A stretch of 64,000 nt of DNA from an uncultured delta proteobacterium (GCA_963848295.1 CAWKDB010000010.1:1312001-1376000); one strand, 5' to 3'; positions 1 through 10,750 are shown, counted from the first letter of the stretch. Notes: generated by a model from the letters alone, not told the origin. Program-made: numbers and translations.

Positions 1-947
1 CCGATCGCGGCGTAGATCACGAGCGTCGTGCGGCGCGCGATCGTGAGCGCCGAGCCATAGCCGGGCTTCTCGCCGAGCAAGCGGAACAGCTTGTAGAAGC
101 CGAGCTCGGAGACGCCGATCCCCATCGGGACGAGCGTCGCGGCCATGTACACCACGAATCCACCGACGGTGTAGCCGGCGACGAAGCCGATCGTGATCGG
201 GCCGCCGATCGCGTGCAAGATCATCAGCGACAACGTCATCGACGTCAGCCGCGACAGCACCACCATCGCGATGCCGAGCCAACGATCGCGCTTGCGCGCG
301 CCGGCGACGAGCCCGAGCTTGTCGTCGACCGCCGACAGCTTCGCTTCCCACCGCGCGTAGCGCGTCTTCGACAGGATGCGAAGCCTCACCGCGAGCCTCG
401 CGATGCTCGCGAGCGTGCCGGCGCGGACGAGGAAGTAGAGCCCGACCGAAATCAGCGTACAGATCAGGCACGCGACGAGGAACATCCACTTCAGCGCTGT
501 CGGCATCGGCACGAGCAGCACCATCACCGGCGCGGCGACCGCAACCATCCCGAGCTCGACCGTGAAGCTGACGATGTTGTAGAGCAGGATCGTGGCGACC
601 GCGCGCGAGTCACTGACGTGCTCCGCGAGCACCGAGATCTTGACCGCCTCGCCGACATTGCCGCTCGGGGTCACCGCGTTGACCGCGCGCCCCGCGAGCT
701 GCGACAGCAGGGCAGATCGAAACCTCACACTGCCTTGCTCGGGTGACATGAACGCGCGGATCGCGACCGCATCGAGCGAGGTGATCACGACCTCGAGCGC
801 GACCACGGCGAACCACCACCAGCCGATCTGCTCGAGGTAGATGCCGAGCGTGCGTAGTCCCATCGAGTGGACGGTCCACACCAGTGCGACCACCCCGATC
901 ACCAGGGAGATCCTGGTGACCCAGCGGGCCCACGTCGGTCGCGACAT
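1..947 (-). CDS. Lysylphosphatidylglycerol synthase TM / flippase-like (UPF0104) membrane protein, 3' end beyond window
   Basis: Not in ORF track. Hand translation from ATG at 947: MSRPTWARWVTRISLVIGVVALVW...GRAVNAVTPSGNVGEAVK; multiple TM helices and an N-x2-TP-x4-GE motif typical of the family. Confidence 0.7.
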   Translation of the reverse strand, partial: MSRPTWARWVTRISLVIGVVALVWTVHSMGLRTLGIYLEQIGWWWFAVVALEVVITSLDAVAIRAFMSPEQGSVRFRSALLSQLAGRAVNAVTPSGNVGEAVKISVLAEHVSDSRAVATILLYNIVSFTVELGMVAVAAPVMVLLVPMPTALKWMFLVACLICTLISVGLYFLVRAGTLASIARLAVRLRILSKTRYARWEAKLSAVDDKLGLVAGARKRDRWLGIAMVVLSRLTSMTLSLMILHAIGGPITIGFVAGYTVGGFVVYMAATLVPMGIGVSELGFYKLFRLLGEKPGYGSALTIARRTTLVIYAAI

Positions 948-982
948 ACTCGAATAGCTATAGCAACATTGGCGCTTCGAAC

Positions 983-1477
983 CTAGTCCAACGGCTGTTC
1001 GAGGCTGTCCGCGACGAAGCCCATGACCTCGGCGAGCATCTGGCCGAAGTCGTCGTAAAACTGCTGGTCGAGCGCGTTGTCGCGCGCGTCGTACATCAAG
1101 ACCGGATACTCGCCGGTGGGCGTTGGCCGGCTGACGTCCAAGCAAAACCATTCCTGGAACTGGGCGCCCATCGCGACGACCACGAGGTGCTCGCCGAGCC
1201 GGCGCTCCTCTCGTGCCTTGAGCGTGCGATGCACGACATCGGTGTCGGACGTCGCGACGCCCACGAAGTCATGGACGATCCCGAGGTGAGTCGGGATCGT
1301 GATGCCCCCGAACGTCCGCAAGAACGTCCGGTACGACGGAGGGAAGGTCACGCCGAGTGCTTCTTCGGCGGCGGAGATCGCCGCTTCCGGGGCGGGCCCT
1401 ACGATCGTGCACGGATCTTCGTGCTCGGTGAGGCGGCGGCGAACGCGTTCGACAAGCTCGATGGTGTCGGGGATCAT
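983..1477 (-). CDS. SMI1/KNR4 (SUKH) family protein, immunity-like
   Basis: GPAPEAAISAAEEALGVTFPPSYRTFLRTFGG signature; C-terminal WFCLD...GEYPV. Confidence 0.85.
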   Translation of the reverse strand: MIPDTIELVERVRRRLTEHEDPCTIVGPAPEAAISAAEEALGVTFPPSYRTFLRTFGGITIPTHLGIVHDFVGVATSDTDVVHRTLKAREERRLGEHLVVVAMGAQFQEWFCLDVSRPTPTGEYPVLMYDARDNALDQQFYDDFGQMLAEVMGFVADSLEQPLD

Positions 1478-1622
1478 GGCGTACCGGTTCCATTATGCAT
1501 CGGAGATCGGCGGCGGCAGCGCGAAAGTCGCGCGACCTCACGATGCGATCGATTCGGGCCACGAGCCCTCACGTCTCCGTTGACATTTCTTGGCGACGGC
1601 GATCGCACCACCCGCGGCGCGA

Positions 1623-2513
1623 TCAGGACGGTCGAGGCATCGCGGCAGGAAAAGTCAAGGCGTCGACGACCGCGAGCTCCATGTCCGTATCGGTGATCTG
1701 AAAAGTCGCTTGCATCACGCCCATGAAAGGGATCACGCGCCAGCTCGCGACGGTCGCGGGCATCTCGGCGACGAGCGTGTAGACCACGATCCAGTAACGA
1801 TCGACCGGATCGGGCAGCGATTGCGCGACGCGCGCGAGCTCGCCGAAAACCTCGGCGCCGGGACCGCGTGGTCGACGGAACGCGCGGTAGAGCTCGGCGT
1901 CGAGCTCGTCCTTCGACAGCGCGAGATCGGGGATCGCGGCGAAGAAGTCGCGGATCTTGAACCGCTGTTCGTCGTTCGCCATCGACCGCGCGAGGGCGCG
2001 CAGCGCGAACACCTCGCACGCGACCGCGATCATCTGCTTCACCCGCAAGTAGCGGTCGTCGATGTAATCGGTGAGCACGCCCCGCTGTGCCGCGGCGACG
2101 ACGTGCTCGGCTTCGCTCTGGCTGATCCGCAGCGCGATCCGCAACGCCTCGAGGAAGTCGAGCTCGCCGCGCACGAGCTGCTGGTCGGCGACCGCGACCT
2201 CGGCGGCGAGGCCGAACGCGGTGATGCGATGGATCCGCGCCGGCAGGCCCTTCGCGATCGCGGCGGCGCGCGCGTTGGCCTTACCGGCGAAGCGGATCGC
2301 ATCGTTCGACAGATCGATCAACGTCCGAGCGGCGGTCGCGCCGAGGCCCTGAAACATCGGATGGGTGTCGAGCTGATGCTGGACCGCAGCCAGCTCGCGC
2401 GCGTCGACGACGCCATCGGCGTTCATCGCGCCGATCATCGCTTCGACCAGGAACCGCCGCGGATCGTTCGGGCGCAGCGTGCCGCCGAGCAAGCCGTTGA
2501 CCGTGCGTTCCAT
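1623..2513 (-). CDS. TerB-family protein with two TerB-like domains
   Basis: Start reassigned to ATG 2513 (MERTVNG); AMNADGVVDAREL and VAVADQQLVRGELDFLEALRIAL motifs; upstream part of the 641-aa track ORF overlaps another gene. Confidence 0.7.
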   Translation of the reverse strand: MERTVNGLLGGTLRPNDPRRFLVEAMIGAMNADGVVDARELAAVQHQLDTHPMFQGLGATAARTLIDLSNDAIRFAGKANARAAAIAKGLPARIHRITAFGLAAEVAVADQQLVRGELDFLEALRIALRISQSEAEHVVAAAQRGVLTDYIDDRYLRVKQMIAVACEVFALRALARSMANDEQRFKIRDFFAAIPDLALSKDELDAELYRAFRRPRGPGAEVFGELARVAQSLPDPVDRYWIVVYTLVAEMPATVASWRVIPFMGVMQATFQITDTDMELAVVDALTFPAAMPRPS

Positions 2514-2524
2514 CTCGATCGAGT

Positions 2525-3448
2525 CTACACGAGCGCATCGATCGCGATCACGAGCGCGACCGAGAGACCCGCGATCACGGCCACGCGCGTGGCGAGCGCG
2601 CTTGACACCGCAGCTGGAGCACGCCCGCGCGCTTTCGCCTCCCGCAGCGACGCGAAGCAGCCGGCGACCGCCGCGAGCACGGTGAGCACGCCGAGGATCG
2701 GCGCGAGTGGAAACTCGGTCGGTTGCTCTCGCTCGAGGCGGGCGCTCTCGTCGGCGATCGCCTGCGGCGCGACATCGGGCCCTTGCTCCCGGCGGAACTG
2801 CGCGAGCTCGTGCTCGATCACGCGATCGCGCTCGGGCATCTTCATCGCGATGTAGCCGGCGTCGTGGCTGAGATAGACGTTGCCCCAGTAGAGCGCGACG
2901 TTGAGCGCGAGCGCCGTGACGATCGCGATGATCCAGCCGCGTCGCGGTGTTGCGAGCGCGATCGCGGCGAACGCGGTGCGCGCGCCGCCGAACGCCGCCG
3001 CGAGTCCGAGCGCACACGCGGCGAGCACGAACGGGAGCCGCGCATCGCCGAGGTTGACGTACAGGATCCACCCGTCGCCGTACCCGTACCAGGTGCCGGT
3101 CGCCAAGTACCACATCGCATGGACGACCATCGCCGCACCGATCGCACGCACGATGCGTGCGGCGAGGCCGTCGCGCTTGCGTAGCGCGATCCACAGCGCG
3201 GTGCCGACGATCGTCTCGATCGCGATGCCGCCCATCATGACGGCGACAGAGCTCGCAAGACCGGCCTCGAGGTCGGTGCGGACCCAACCGCCCGCGAACC
3301 AGAACAGCTTCGCCGCCGTGATGTGTCCGCCGAGCGCGATCGCGGTCCCACCGTGCCCGACGAATTCGTGCAGCACGAGGCCGAGCCGGCTCGTCGCCAA
3401 CGCGGCGCAAGCGAGCAGGATCGTTAGTCGAGCTGTGTCTTTGTACAT
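2525..3448 (-). CDS. Polytopic membrane protein, peptidase M50-like
   Basis: LVLHEFVGHGGTAIALGG His/Glu motif in first TM, later GYGDG motif, about 8 hydrophobic segments. Confidence 0.5.
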   Translation of the reverse strand: MYKDTARLTILLACAALATSRLGLVLHEFVGHGGTAIALGGHITAAKLFWFAGGWVRTDLEAGLASSVAVMMGGIAIETIVGTALWIALRKRDGLAARIVRAIGAAMVVHAMWYLATGTWYGYGDGWILYVNLGDARLPFVLAACALGLAAAFGGARTAFAAIALATPRRGWIIAIVTALALNVALYWGNVYLSHDAGYIAMKMPERDRVIEHELAQFRREQGPDVAPQAIADESARLEREQPTEFPLAPILGVLTVLAAVAGCFASLREAKARGRAPAAVSSALATRVAVIAGLSVALVIAIDALV

Positions 3449-3477
3449 GGTGACGTACAGCGGCTATCATTATAACG

Positions 3478-4791
3478 ATGGGACGGGTGCTCCTAGCCGG
3501 CGCACTCCTGGTCGCGGCGGTCTCCGTCGCGAGCGCCGGGAACCGCAAGGTTACCGTCGAGACTGACCCGCCGGGCGCGAAGGTCTACCTCAACGACAAA
3601 GAATCGGGCGCGGTGTGCGACGCGACGCCGTGCACGATCGAGGCGCCGATCGGCGACACGCCGATCATCGTCGAGCTGCCCCACTACGAAGCCGTGCTCG
3701 ACAACCTCGTCGTGAGCAGGCGCGGCAGGCCGCCGATCGTCAAGTTCAAGCTCGACAAGAGCCCGGGCGGCACGATCGTGGTCGATGGCGCGCCCGGTGC
3801 CACGATCAAGGTCGACGACGAGGACCAGGGCAAGTCGCCGAATCGGATCGACGTCGACGAGGGCCAGCACCACGTCGTGATCTCGCTCGGGGGCAAGGCG
3901 ATCGTCGACAAGACGGTCGACGTCGAGGCCGGAGGTGAAACCGCGGTCACCGCGAAGGCTCCGGCCGTCGCGATCAGGCCAGAGCCGGCGACACCCGCGG
4001 GCCCGGATCCCACCGAGACGCTCGATGGCGGCGGGGGCATCGTCAAGCACGCACCAGAGAAGGCCTCGACGTCGCGCTACATCAACGTGTCGGCGATGGG
4101 CGACGTCGGATTTCGCACGTTCGCGTACAGCGGGGCGAGCGGCAACAACGTGCGCGACGAGTCCGAAGGCGGGCAAGTCCTCGTCGGCCCGGCGGTCGAG
4201 CTCTGGCCCGGCGACTTGCTCGGCGTGCACGCGTTGCATGGCCTGTCGCTGTTCGCGCGCTTGGAGTTCGGCGTCCATGATCAGGACGTCGTGCCGAAGA
4301 CCACCGGCGTGTTCGGCGGCAAGGTCACGACGTTCTGGCGCAGCTTCGAAGCGAGCGTGCGCCAGCGTTTCGCGATCGGGAGCTCCGGTGCGGTCGAAGC
4401 GAGCGTCGGCTTCGTCCGCGACCAGTACGAGTTCAACGCGACAGACTCGAACGATGTCGGCCTCGTGCCCGACGTCGACTATCAGGCGCTGCGGATCGGC
4501 GTGCGCGGCGCGCTGACGCTCGGCTCGGTCGAGCCGTACCTGTCGGTCGAAGATCGCATCGTGTTCTCCGGCGGTGAAGTCGGCGAGCGCTTCGCCCATT
4601 CGAGCGTCAACGGCATGCGCGGCGCGATCGGCGCGGCGATCCACTCGGGACCGATCGCCGCTCGGATCGAAGCCTCGTACACGCGCTACACCTGGGACTT
4701 TCAGGTCACGGACCCGATGCCGATGTACACGGCGACCGGCGCGACCGACTCGGTAGCGTTGATCTCGGCGACCCTCGGCTATCAGTACTGA
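3478..4791 (+). CDS. Secreted PEGA-domain protein with C-terminal outer-membrane beta-barrel-like region
   Basis: Signal peptide; VETDPPGAKVYLND PEGA motif plus second PEGA-like repeat; Pro-rich linker; amphipathic strands ending LGYQY. Confidence 0.7.
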   Translation: MGRVLLAGALLVAAVSVASAGNRKVTVETDPPGAKVYLNDKESGAVCDATPCTIEAPIGDTPIIVELPHYEAVLDNLVVSRRGRPPIVKFKLDKSPGGTIVVDGAPGATIKVDDEDQGKSPNRIDVDEGQHHVVISLGGKAIVDKTVDVEAGGETAVTAKAPAVAIRPEPATPAGPDPTETLDGGGGIVKHAPEKASTSRYINVSAMGDVGFRTFAYSGASGNNVRDESEGGQVLVGPAVELWPGDLLGVHALHGLSLFARLEFGVHDQDVVPKTTGVFGGKVTTFWRSFEASVRQRFAIGSSGAVEASVGFVRDQYEFNATDSNDVGLVPDVDYQALRIGVRGALTLGSVEPYLSVEDRIVFSGGEVGERFAHSSVNGMRGAIGAAIHSGPIAARIEASYTRYTWDFQVTDPMPMYTATGATDSVALISATLGYQY

Positions 4792-4834
4792 GTGACCAAG
4801 CAGCGGTGCGGCACGATGGGAAGCGCTTCGGTTC

Positions 4835-6925
4835 CTACCAGATCGTGCACGCCTGCGCCGGCTTCATCGGCGTTCCGGCCGCGCAGCTGAACGCCTTCGC
4901 GAACTCCGGCAGGTTGCGCAGCGCTCCGTAGACGCGGAACTTCGGCGGCGCGTGCGGATCGACGGTGAGCCGGCGCTGCACTTCGGCCGGGCGATCCTTC
5001 GAGCACCACGCCTGACCGACCGCGAGGAAGAACTGCTGATCCTCGGTGAAGCCGTCGGCCTCGATCGGGGGCGCGCCCTTGCGCAGCGCGCGGTAGGCCC
5101 GGAACGCCATCTTGACGCCGCCGAGATCGGCGATGTCTTCGCCGAGCGTCAAGCGGCCGTTGACGAAGCCGCCCGGCAACGCCTCGAACGTCGAGTACTG
5201 ATCGGCGACGCACGTGGCTTTCGCGTCGAACTTCGCCTTGTCCTCGGGCTGCCACCACATCTTGAGGTTGCCGTCGGCGTCGAACTGCGAGCCTTCATCG
5301 TCGAAGCCGTGAGTGAGCTCGTGGCCGATCACCATCCCGATGCCACCGAGGTTCGCCGCGACGCTGCGATCCGCGCCGAAGAACGGTGGCTGCAAGATGC
5401 CCGCTGGCAGCGCGGTGTTGTTCTCGGTCGGCTCGTAGTACGCGTTGACCGTGTACGAGTTCATACCCCACTCGGCGCGATCGACGGGCTTGCCGGACTT
5501 GGCGAGCTGGCGATGGGTTTCGAACGCGCCCGCGCGCAGATCGTTGCCGGCGAAGTCGCCGCGCTTGACGTCGAAGTCATAGACGCGCCACTTATCGGGA
5601 TAGCCGATCTTGCGGACGATCTTCGCGAGCTTGGCGGCCGCGGTACGCTTCGTCGCGTCGCTCATCCAATCGAGCTGCGCGATGTCCTCGCCCATCACCT
5701 CGATGATCTTGTCGACGAGCTTGGTCGCGGTCTGCTTCGCGCTCGCCGGGAAGTACTTCTCGACGTACTGCTGGCCGAGCAACTCGCCGAGCCCACGCTC
5801 GGTCGCATCGACGCAGCGCTTGCCGCGCTCTTGCTCTCGCGCCTGGCCGGTCAGCAGTTTCTTGAGCTCGAACGACTCCTCGTCGAACGCCTTGCCGAGC
5901 TCGAACGCCTCGTCCTCGACGAGGTGGTAACGCAAGTAGTTCGCCCATTGCGCCGGCTTGAACTTCGCGCGCAACGCATCGAGCCCGGCAAAGAACTTCG
6001 GCGTCGTGACGTTGATCTTGGCGCTCGGCGCAAAGCCTAGGCTCTTGAAGTACGCCTTCAAGTCGATCGTCTTGATCTGCTTGCCGAGGTTCGCGAGATC
6101 GGTCGGGTTGTAGTTGGCCTTGGGATCGCGGCGCTCGACGCGGGTCTTCGTCAGCTTCGCGATCTCCGTTTCGATCGCGACGACGTCTGCGGCGCCCTCG
6201 GCCTTGCCACCGGCGAGTGCGAGCATCTTGCCGACGTGACCCTGGTAGCCTTCGAGCTGTGGCTTGAACTTCGCGTCGAGGTAGTAGTCGCGATCCGGCA
6301 AGCCAAGGCCCCCGGTGTCGAGCTCGGTGATCTCGTTGACCGAGTCGTGGAAGTCGGGGGTGCTGTCTTCGGCAAACACGACGTCATCGCCGACCCTGTG
6401 GAGCGCGACGACCGCGGCGAGCCATGACTTGTTGTCTCTGACCTTGCCGATCGTGGCGAGCAGCGGCTTGATCGCGCTGGTGCCGGCCTTGTCGATCGCG
6501 GCCTCGTCCATGCACGACGCGTAGAAGTCGCCGAGCTTCTTCGCGTTCGGGTCCGCGTTCGTCCCCTTGGCATCTTCTTCGAGCATCGTGCGGAGCTCGG
6601 CGTTGTTCTTGTCATCGATCTCGGTGAAGCGCGCGTAGCGAGCCCGATCCTCGGGCAGCTTGTTCGCGGCGAGCCAACCGCCGCACGCGAACTGATAGAA
6701 GTCGACGCACGGATCGGCGGTGCGATCGAGCGAGCCGGGCTCGAGCCCGACTTCGCTCAGCGACATCTTCTGCGCCGCGACCTTCGCTGGCCCCGGCGGC
6801 GAAGTGGCGGCCGTCGCGGCGCCCGCGCTGCCCGTGATCTGTGGCGCGGCCGGCGTCGACGGGGGCGGCGTCGGCTGTCCCGAACAAGCGGCGAGGACCA
6901 GGATCGTGGCGAAGCGCGTGGTCAT
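4835..6925 (-). CDS. M13 family (neprilysin/PepO-like) zinc metalloendopeptidase, lipoprotein
   Basis: DPCVDFYQFACGGW, VNAYY, HELTHGFD, GEDIAD motifs; LAAC lipobox after ATG 6925. Confidence 0.95.
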   Translation of the reverse strand: MTTRFATILVLAACSGQPTPPPSTPAAPQITGSAGAATAATSPPGPAKVAAQKMSLSEVGLEPGSLDRTADPCVDFYQFACGGWLAANKLPEDRARYARFTEIDDKNNAELRTMLEEDAKGTNADPNAKKLGDFYASCMDEAAIDKAGTSAIKPLLATIGKVRDNKSWLAAVVALHRVGDDVVFAEDSTPDFHDSVNEITELDTGGLGLPDRDYYLDAKFKPQLEGYQGHVGKMLALAGGKAEGAADVVAIETEIAKLTKTRVERRDPKANYNPTDLANLGKQIKTIDLKAYFKSLGFAPSAKINVTTPKFFAGLDALRAKFKPAQWANYLRYHLVEDEAFELGKAFDEESFELKKLLTGQAREQERGKRCVDATERGLGELLGQQYVEKYFPASAKQTATKLVDKIIEVMGEDIAQLDWMSDATKRTAAAKLAKIVRKIGYPDKWRVYDFDVKRGDFAGNDLRAGAFETHRQLAKSGKPVDRAEWGMNSYTVNAYYEPTENNTALPAGILQPPFFGADRSVAANLGGIGMVIGHELTHGFDDEGSQFDADGNLKMWWQPEDKAKFDAKATCVADQYSTFEALPGGFVNGRLTLGEDIADLGGVKMAFRAYRALRKGAPPIEADGFTEDQQFFLAVGQAWCSKDRPAEVQRRLTVDPHAPPKFRVYGALRNLPEFAKAFSCAAGTPMKPAQACTIW

Positions 6926-6965
6926 GGTCGCGGACGCTAGCACGGTCGCCCGGCCGGGCGCGCGG

Positions 6966-8321
6966 TCACCGGGGCGTGCCGGCAATCGGGTCGAGGCGCC
7001 ACACCGTGGCTCCCTCGCCCGCGAACAGTGCGCGAGCGCTCGCGTGCTCGGCGGCGGCGATCGGCGCGACACTGACCGCAGCATGCGGCAGCGAGACGAC
7101 GTAACGCAGCCGATCGGCCGGCAGCGGTCGATATGGCCGCGTCGCGATCACGACCTCGCATCGCGTCGCCCAGATCAGCTCGGGCGCATCGCGGGCCGCG
7201 ATGACGCACGGCTTGCCGGCGGCGTCGCTCCTCAGCGCTGCGGCGGCGTGCCACAGCGGCCCGCGTTGCCGCGTCAAGTAGTGCGCGAGCGGCACGACCG
7301 CGATCGCGGCACCGAGCCATGCGAGCACGATCAGCGCCGGGCCGAGCCGGCGACTCGCTTCCGGGAGATAGCGCAGCAGCGCGTCGACTCCGAGCACGAC
7401 GAGCAGCGCGGTCGCGACGAACACGTAGCGCGGCTGCGCGTGGCTCTCGAGCCCGAGCACGATGATCTGGCCGAGCGCGACGAGCGCGAGAAACAGCGTC
7501 GGGCGCCAGCGCTCCGGCGGGCGTGCGATCGAGACCAGACCGGCGATCATCACAGGTGCGACGAGCGCGCCATAGAACACGAAGGGGATCGCGGTGACGT
7601 AGGTGACGAGGCCTTCACCGATGAATTCGCGGCGCGGCATCGCGGCGCTTACCGACATGATCCCGAGTACCTCGCCGGTCGTGGACAGCGAATGGATGAT
7701 GTGAGGGGCGAGCAACGCCGCCAACGCGGCGACAGTCGCGAGCGCGCGAGCGGGACGCGCGATGATAGGTCGCCACCACACGCCGACCGCCGCGACGCCG
7801 ACGAGCGCGATCACCGGCGCGCTGCCGTAGCGAAAGTAGAACGCCGCCGCGAACGCCGGGGCCGCGCCGACCAACCGCCAGCGCGGACCGCCGACGCGAT
7901 CGAGCTCCCCGATCAGGATCGCGATCCCGGCGAGCACGCACGCCGTCGCCGGCAAGTCACCGATCAGCTCGGCGCTGTGGATCACCATCGGATGCGCGCC
8001 CGCGATCACCGCGGCTGCCCAGGCGCCGGTGCGATCGCCGAACGCCGCGCGACCGACCGCGAACGTCCCGACCACGACGCCGACGCCGAGCAGCACCGGC
8101 ACGATGCGCAGCGCAAACTCGGACCCACCGAGCCAAATGCCGATCCGGGCGAGCGCGATCACGCCTTGCGACCGATACAGCCACGCCGGAGCATCGCCGC
8201 GCGCGGCGGCCGCGAACGCGGCTTCGTCGTGACCGAGCGGGGGATTTGCGACGAGCGCGAGCAGCGCGACCGCGAGCCACGCGGCGATCGCGAGCAGCAG
8301 GATGCGGCGTTCGGTCGTCAC
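6966..8321 (-). CDS. GT-C fold glycosyltransferase (ArnT/PMT-like, GT39/83)
   Basis: GHDEA in first loop, GGSEFALR, QPRYVF, many TM helices; GTG 8321 chosen as start. Confidence 0.75.
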   Translation of the reverse strand: MTTERRILLLAIAAWLAVALLALVANPPLGHDEAAFAAAARGDAPAWLYRSQGVIALARIGIWLGGSEFALRIVPVLLGVGVVVGTFAVGRAAFGDRTGAWAAAVIAGAHPMVIHSAELIGDLPATACVLAGIAILIGELDRVGGPRWRLVGAAPAFAAAFYFRYGSAPVIALVGVAAVGVWWRPIIARPARALATVAALAALLAPHIIHSLSTTGEVLGIMSVSAAMPRREFIGEGLVTYVTAIPFVFYGALVAPVMIAGLVSIARPPERWRPTLFLALVALGQIIVLGLESHAQPRYVFVATALLVVLGVDALLRYLPEASRRLGPALIVLAWLGAAIAVVPLAHYLTRQRGPLWHAAAALRSDAAGKPCVIAARDAPELIWATRCEVVIATRPYRPLPADRLRYVVSLPHAAVSVAPIAAAEHASARALFAGEGATVWRLDPIAGTPR

Positions 8322-8393
8322 CAGCGGTGACCTTACACGCATCGGGGCAGCGCGCCCGGGGTGCCTCTGTGGGCGTGTCGATCTCGCGCGTGG

Positions 8394-9437
8394 CTAACAG
8401 GGACAGCCGAAGAACTGCAGCGGCATCCGGGCGAGCTCTTCACCGTCGGCCGTGATGAGGACCTGATCACCCTCGACGAACGGTTGGCCGATCACCTCGA
8501 GGTCGCCATCGCCTTCGACGTCGACCAGGCTCTCGATGATGCCGAGCTCGGGGAGGTCGCGCTGCTGCACCGTGACGAGGTCACCGTTCGGCGCGACCCG
8601 ATAGAGTCCCCAGATGTTGATATCGGTGCCGCCGCACGTGAAGCCATTGGACGCGTGGACGGAGATCCATGTCACCCCGGTCACCGGGTGGCGGACGATC
8701 CGCGTGTCGAGCTCGGCCGCGGCGACCCAGTCGCCGGCTTGTCCGCTCTCGCGCCACACCTGCGTCACATGCACGGCCAGATCGGACGCGAGCAACCTCG
8801 CACGCGCTTTCGAGGCGAGTCCTACGTCGGCGACCGGTCGCGGCACGATGATCGGCGCGAGCGCGGCGTCGCGCGCGAAGGTGCCGGTGCAGCGATCGAG
8901 CTTCGCGGCGACCATGACGTCGCCGTGCTCGAACAGGCTCGCCGCGGTCCAGTGGCCCGAGTTGTCGCCGGCGTAGGCTGGATCGCCGGTGAGCCGAGCG
9001 ACCGCGGCAAAGCCCGTGACCTTCGCCCTGCACGTGCCGTCGACGATGACCGACCGCCCGAGCCAGGCGCGTTGCTCGCTGGTCAGGTCGCGGCCATCGA
9101 TCGCGGCGATCGCCGCGGTCGCGCCATCCTCGTTCACGACGTGCGCATGGCGATAACGCATGGTCGCGACGGCATCATCGAGCCGGACATACGAATCACC
9201 GCCGGCGGTGAACACGAACAGCAGCTGGGTCGTGTGCGGTGGCGGCGCCGCTTCGATCGGCTGCACGACCCGCGCCGGTGGCAGGATCTCGCTTGGCATG
9301 GTGATTTCTGCCAGCTCACCACTCGGCGCCGCCGCGGAGTGCAGTGCCGGCATGGAAGCAACCAACAGGCCGACCCCGCCAGCGACGGCGGCGATACCAA
9401 ACGGGATCGGGCGCATGGCGGCTAGGCGATCGAGCAT
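8394..9437 (-). CDS. Hypothetical exported protein
   Basis: N-terminal hydrophobic segment; DVEGDGDLE Ca-loop-like motif; ends FFGCPC. Confidence 0.6.
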   Translation of the reverse strand: MLDRLAAMRPIPFGIAAVAGGVGLLVASMPALHSAAAPSGELAEITMPSEILPPARVVQPIEAAPPPHTTQLLFVFTAGGDSYVRLDDAVATMRYRHAHVVNEDGATAAIAAIDGRDLTSEQRAWLGRSVIVDGTCRAKVTGFAAVARLTGDPAYAGDNSGHWTAASLFEHGDVMVAAKLDRCTGTFARDAALAPIIVPRPVADVGLASKARARLLASDLAVHVTQVWRESGQAGDWVAAAELDTRIVRHPVTGVTWISVHASNGFTCGGTDINIWGLYRVAPNGDLVTVQQRDLPELGIIESLVDVEGDGDLEVIGQPFVEGDQVLITADGEELARMPLQFFGCPC

Positions 9438-9449
9438 GGCGATAACCAA

Positions 9450-9465
9450 TGCAAGCGATGCGCCC
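9450..9465 (-). promoter_or_regulatory. Putative sigma54 -24/-12 promoter
   Basis: Minus strand GGGCGCATCGCTTGCA (GG-N10-GC with TTGCA); predicted +1 near 9439, ATG at 9437. Confidence 0.55.
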
Positions 9466-9557
9466 TTCCTGGATGCGTGTCGCCACGCGCAGATAGCCGC
9501 GGACGCGTCCGTCGAGACACGACAGACCGAGGCGGGGTCTCACGCGTTCTATGTGCG

Positions 9558-10711
9558 ATGACGCGCCGCGCCTGCGGTCGGATCCCGATCGCGTGCGCGC
9601 CGCTGCTGATACTCGCTGGCCGCGCACACGCCGCCCCGGCTCACGCTGGCTCGGTGCGCTACGCGGAAGCGGGCGCCGCGTGGGCCGCGTGCTTTTCTCC
9701 CGAGGATGCACCGGTCGAGCTCCCAGCCGAGTCGAGCGCGGATGACCCGGATACGAGCGTCACCGTTACGCGGATTGGAGCCCATATCGAGATCGCGAGC
9801 GACTCGGGCGGCTCCGGCTCGGACGCGGTCTTTAGCGGAACAACGATCGACTTCAACCCGCGGACCTGCGCGACGCTGTGGGCGCGCGACTTCACGTACG
9901 ACGGAGCATTTGCGCGTGAGGTCCGAGTTGGTTGGGTCAAGCGCGGTGCACCGAATGATCGCGAGCTCGCCAGCCTCGTCGCAGCGCCCGCGGTCGCCGA
10001 CGCCCCTGCGTTCGCGATGGCTCGAACCTGGCTCGACCACAGTTGCGCCGGCGGGCCAGAGTCCACGCTCGACTGGTCACCCGGCCGGCTGCTCGCGGGT
10101 CCGATTGCCCCCGCGCAAGCTTGGCTGACCGGCGTACCCGCGACATCACGGAACGGCTTCTGGTCCCTCGACGCGCTGCACGCGATCGGCGCGCGCGCTT
10201 CGATCGCGGTCGAGCTCGCCAAGGACTCCGAGTTGATACCGCGGCTCGCGGGCGATCGGCTCATCGGGTCGTGGTCCCCGGCCTGCCGGCGCCAACCAAG
10301 ACCTTCACGGTCGGAACCATCGAAGTGCGCGAGGCAGAGATGCCGGGCCGCAACAGCGGACGAGCGATCGCGCTCTACGATCGGGCGACGAACCGACATC
10401 GCTGGGTGTTGTTGACCCGCGGCTGTATCCAGGGTTCGACCGTGCGGTGGCTGGGCGCGATCGGTGCGCGCGCGATCGGAGTGACCTCATCCCGGCACGG
10501 CAGGTACGCGCAGGGCGATGCGATCGTCGTGCTCGACACCGCGGCGGGCATGGCGTGGGCGGTGAAGCTCCCAGCCGCCACGACCGAGGATGGGGTCGAT
10601 CATTCCGGCGCGAAGCTCGCTGGCTCGACGATCACGTTCGGCAGCGACAAGGCGAGCGCTGCGGTCGATCTCGCGCCGGCGCTCGCCGAGCTGCCGATCC
10701 CGTCCCCGTAA
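9558..10711 (+). pseudogene. Hypothetical secreted protein split by a frameshift near 10267 (pseudogene or sequencing error)
   Basis: First frame ...AGDRLIG continues in the other frame as VVVPGLPAPTKTFTVG...; ctcatcGGGtcgtggtc needs one more G. Confidence 0.55.
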
Positions 10712-10736
10712 GTGGACAAAAGAGACAGCGTCCCCA
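10710..10736 (-). repeat. Solo copy of GGGGACG-capped 27-bp repeat between convergent genes
   Basis: Reverse complement TGGGGACGCTGTCTCTTTTGTCCACTT matches 43801-43827 and 43875-43901 at 26/27. Confidence 0.85.
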
Positions 10737-10750
10737 GAGAAGCGACAGCG

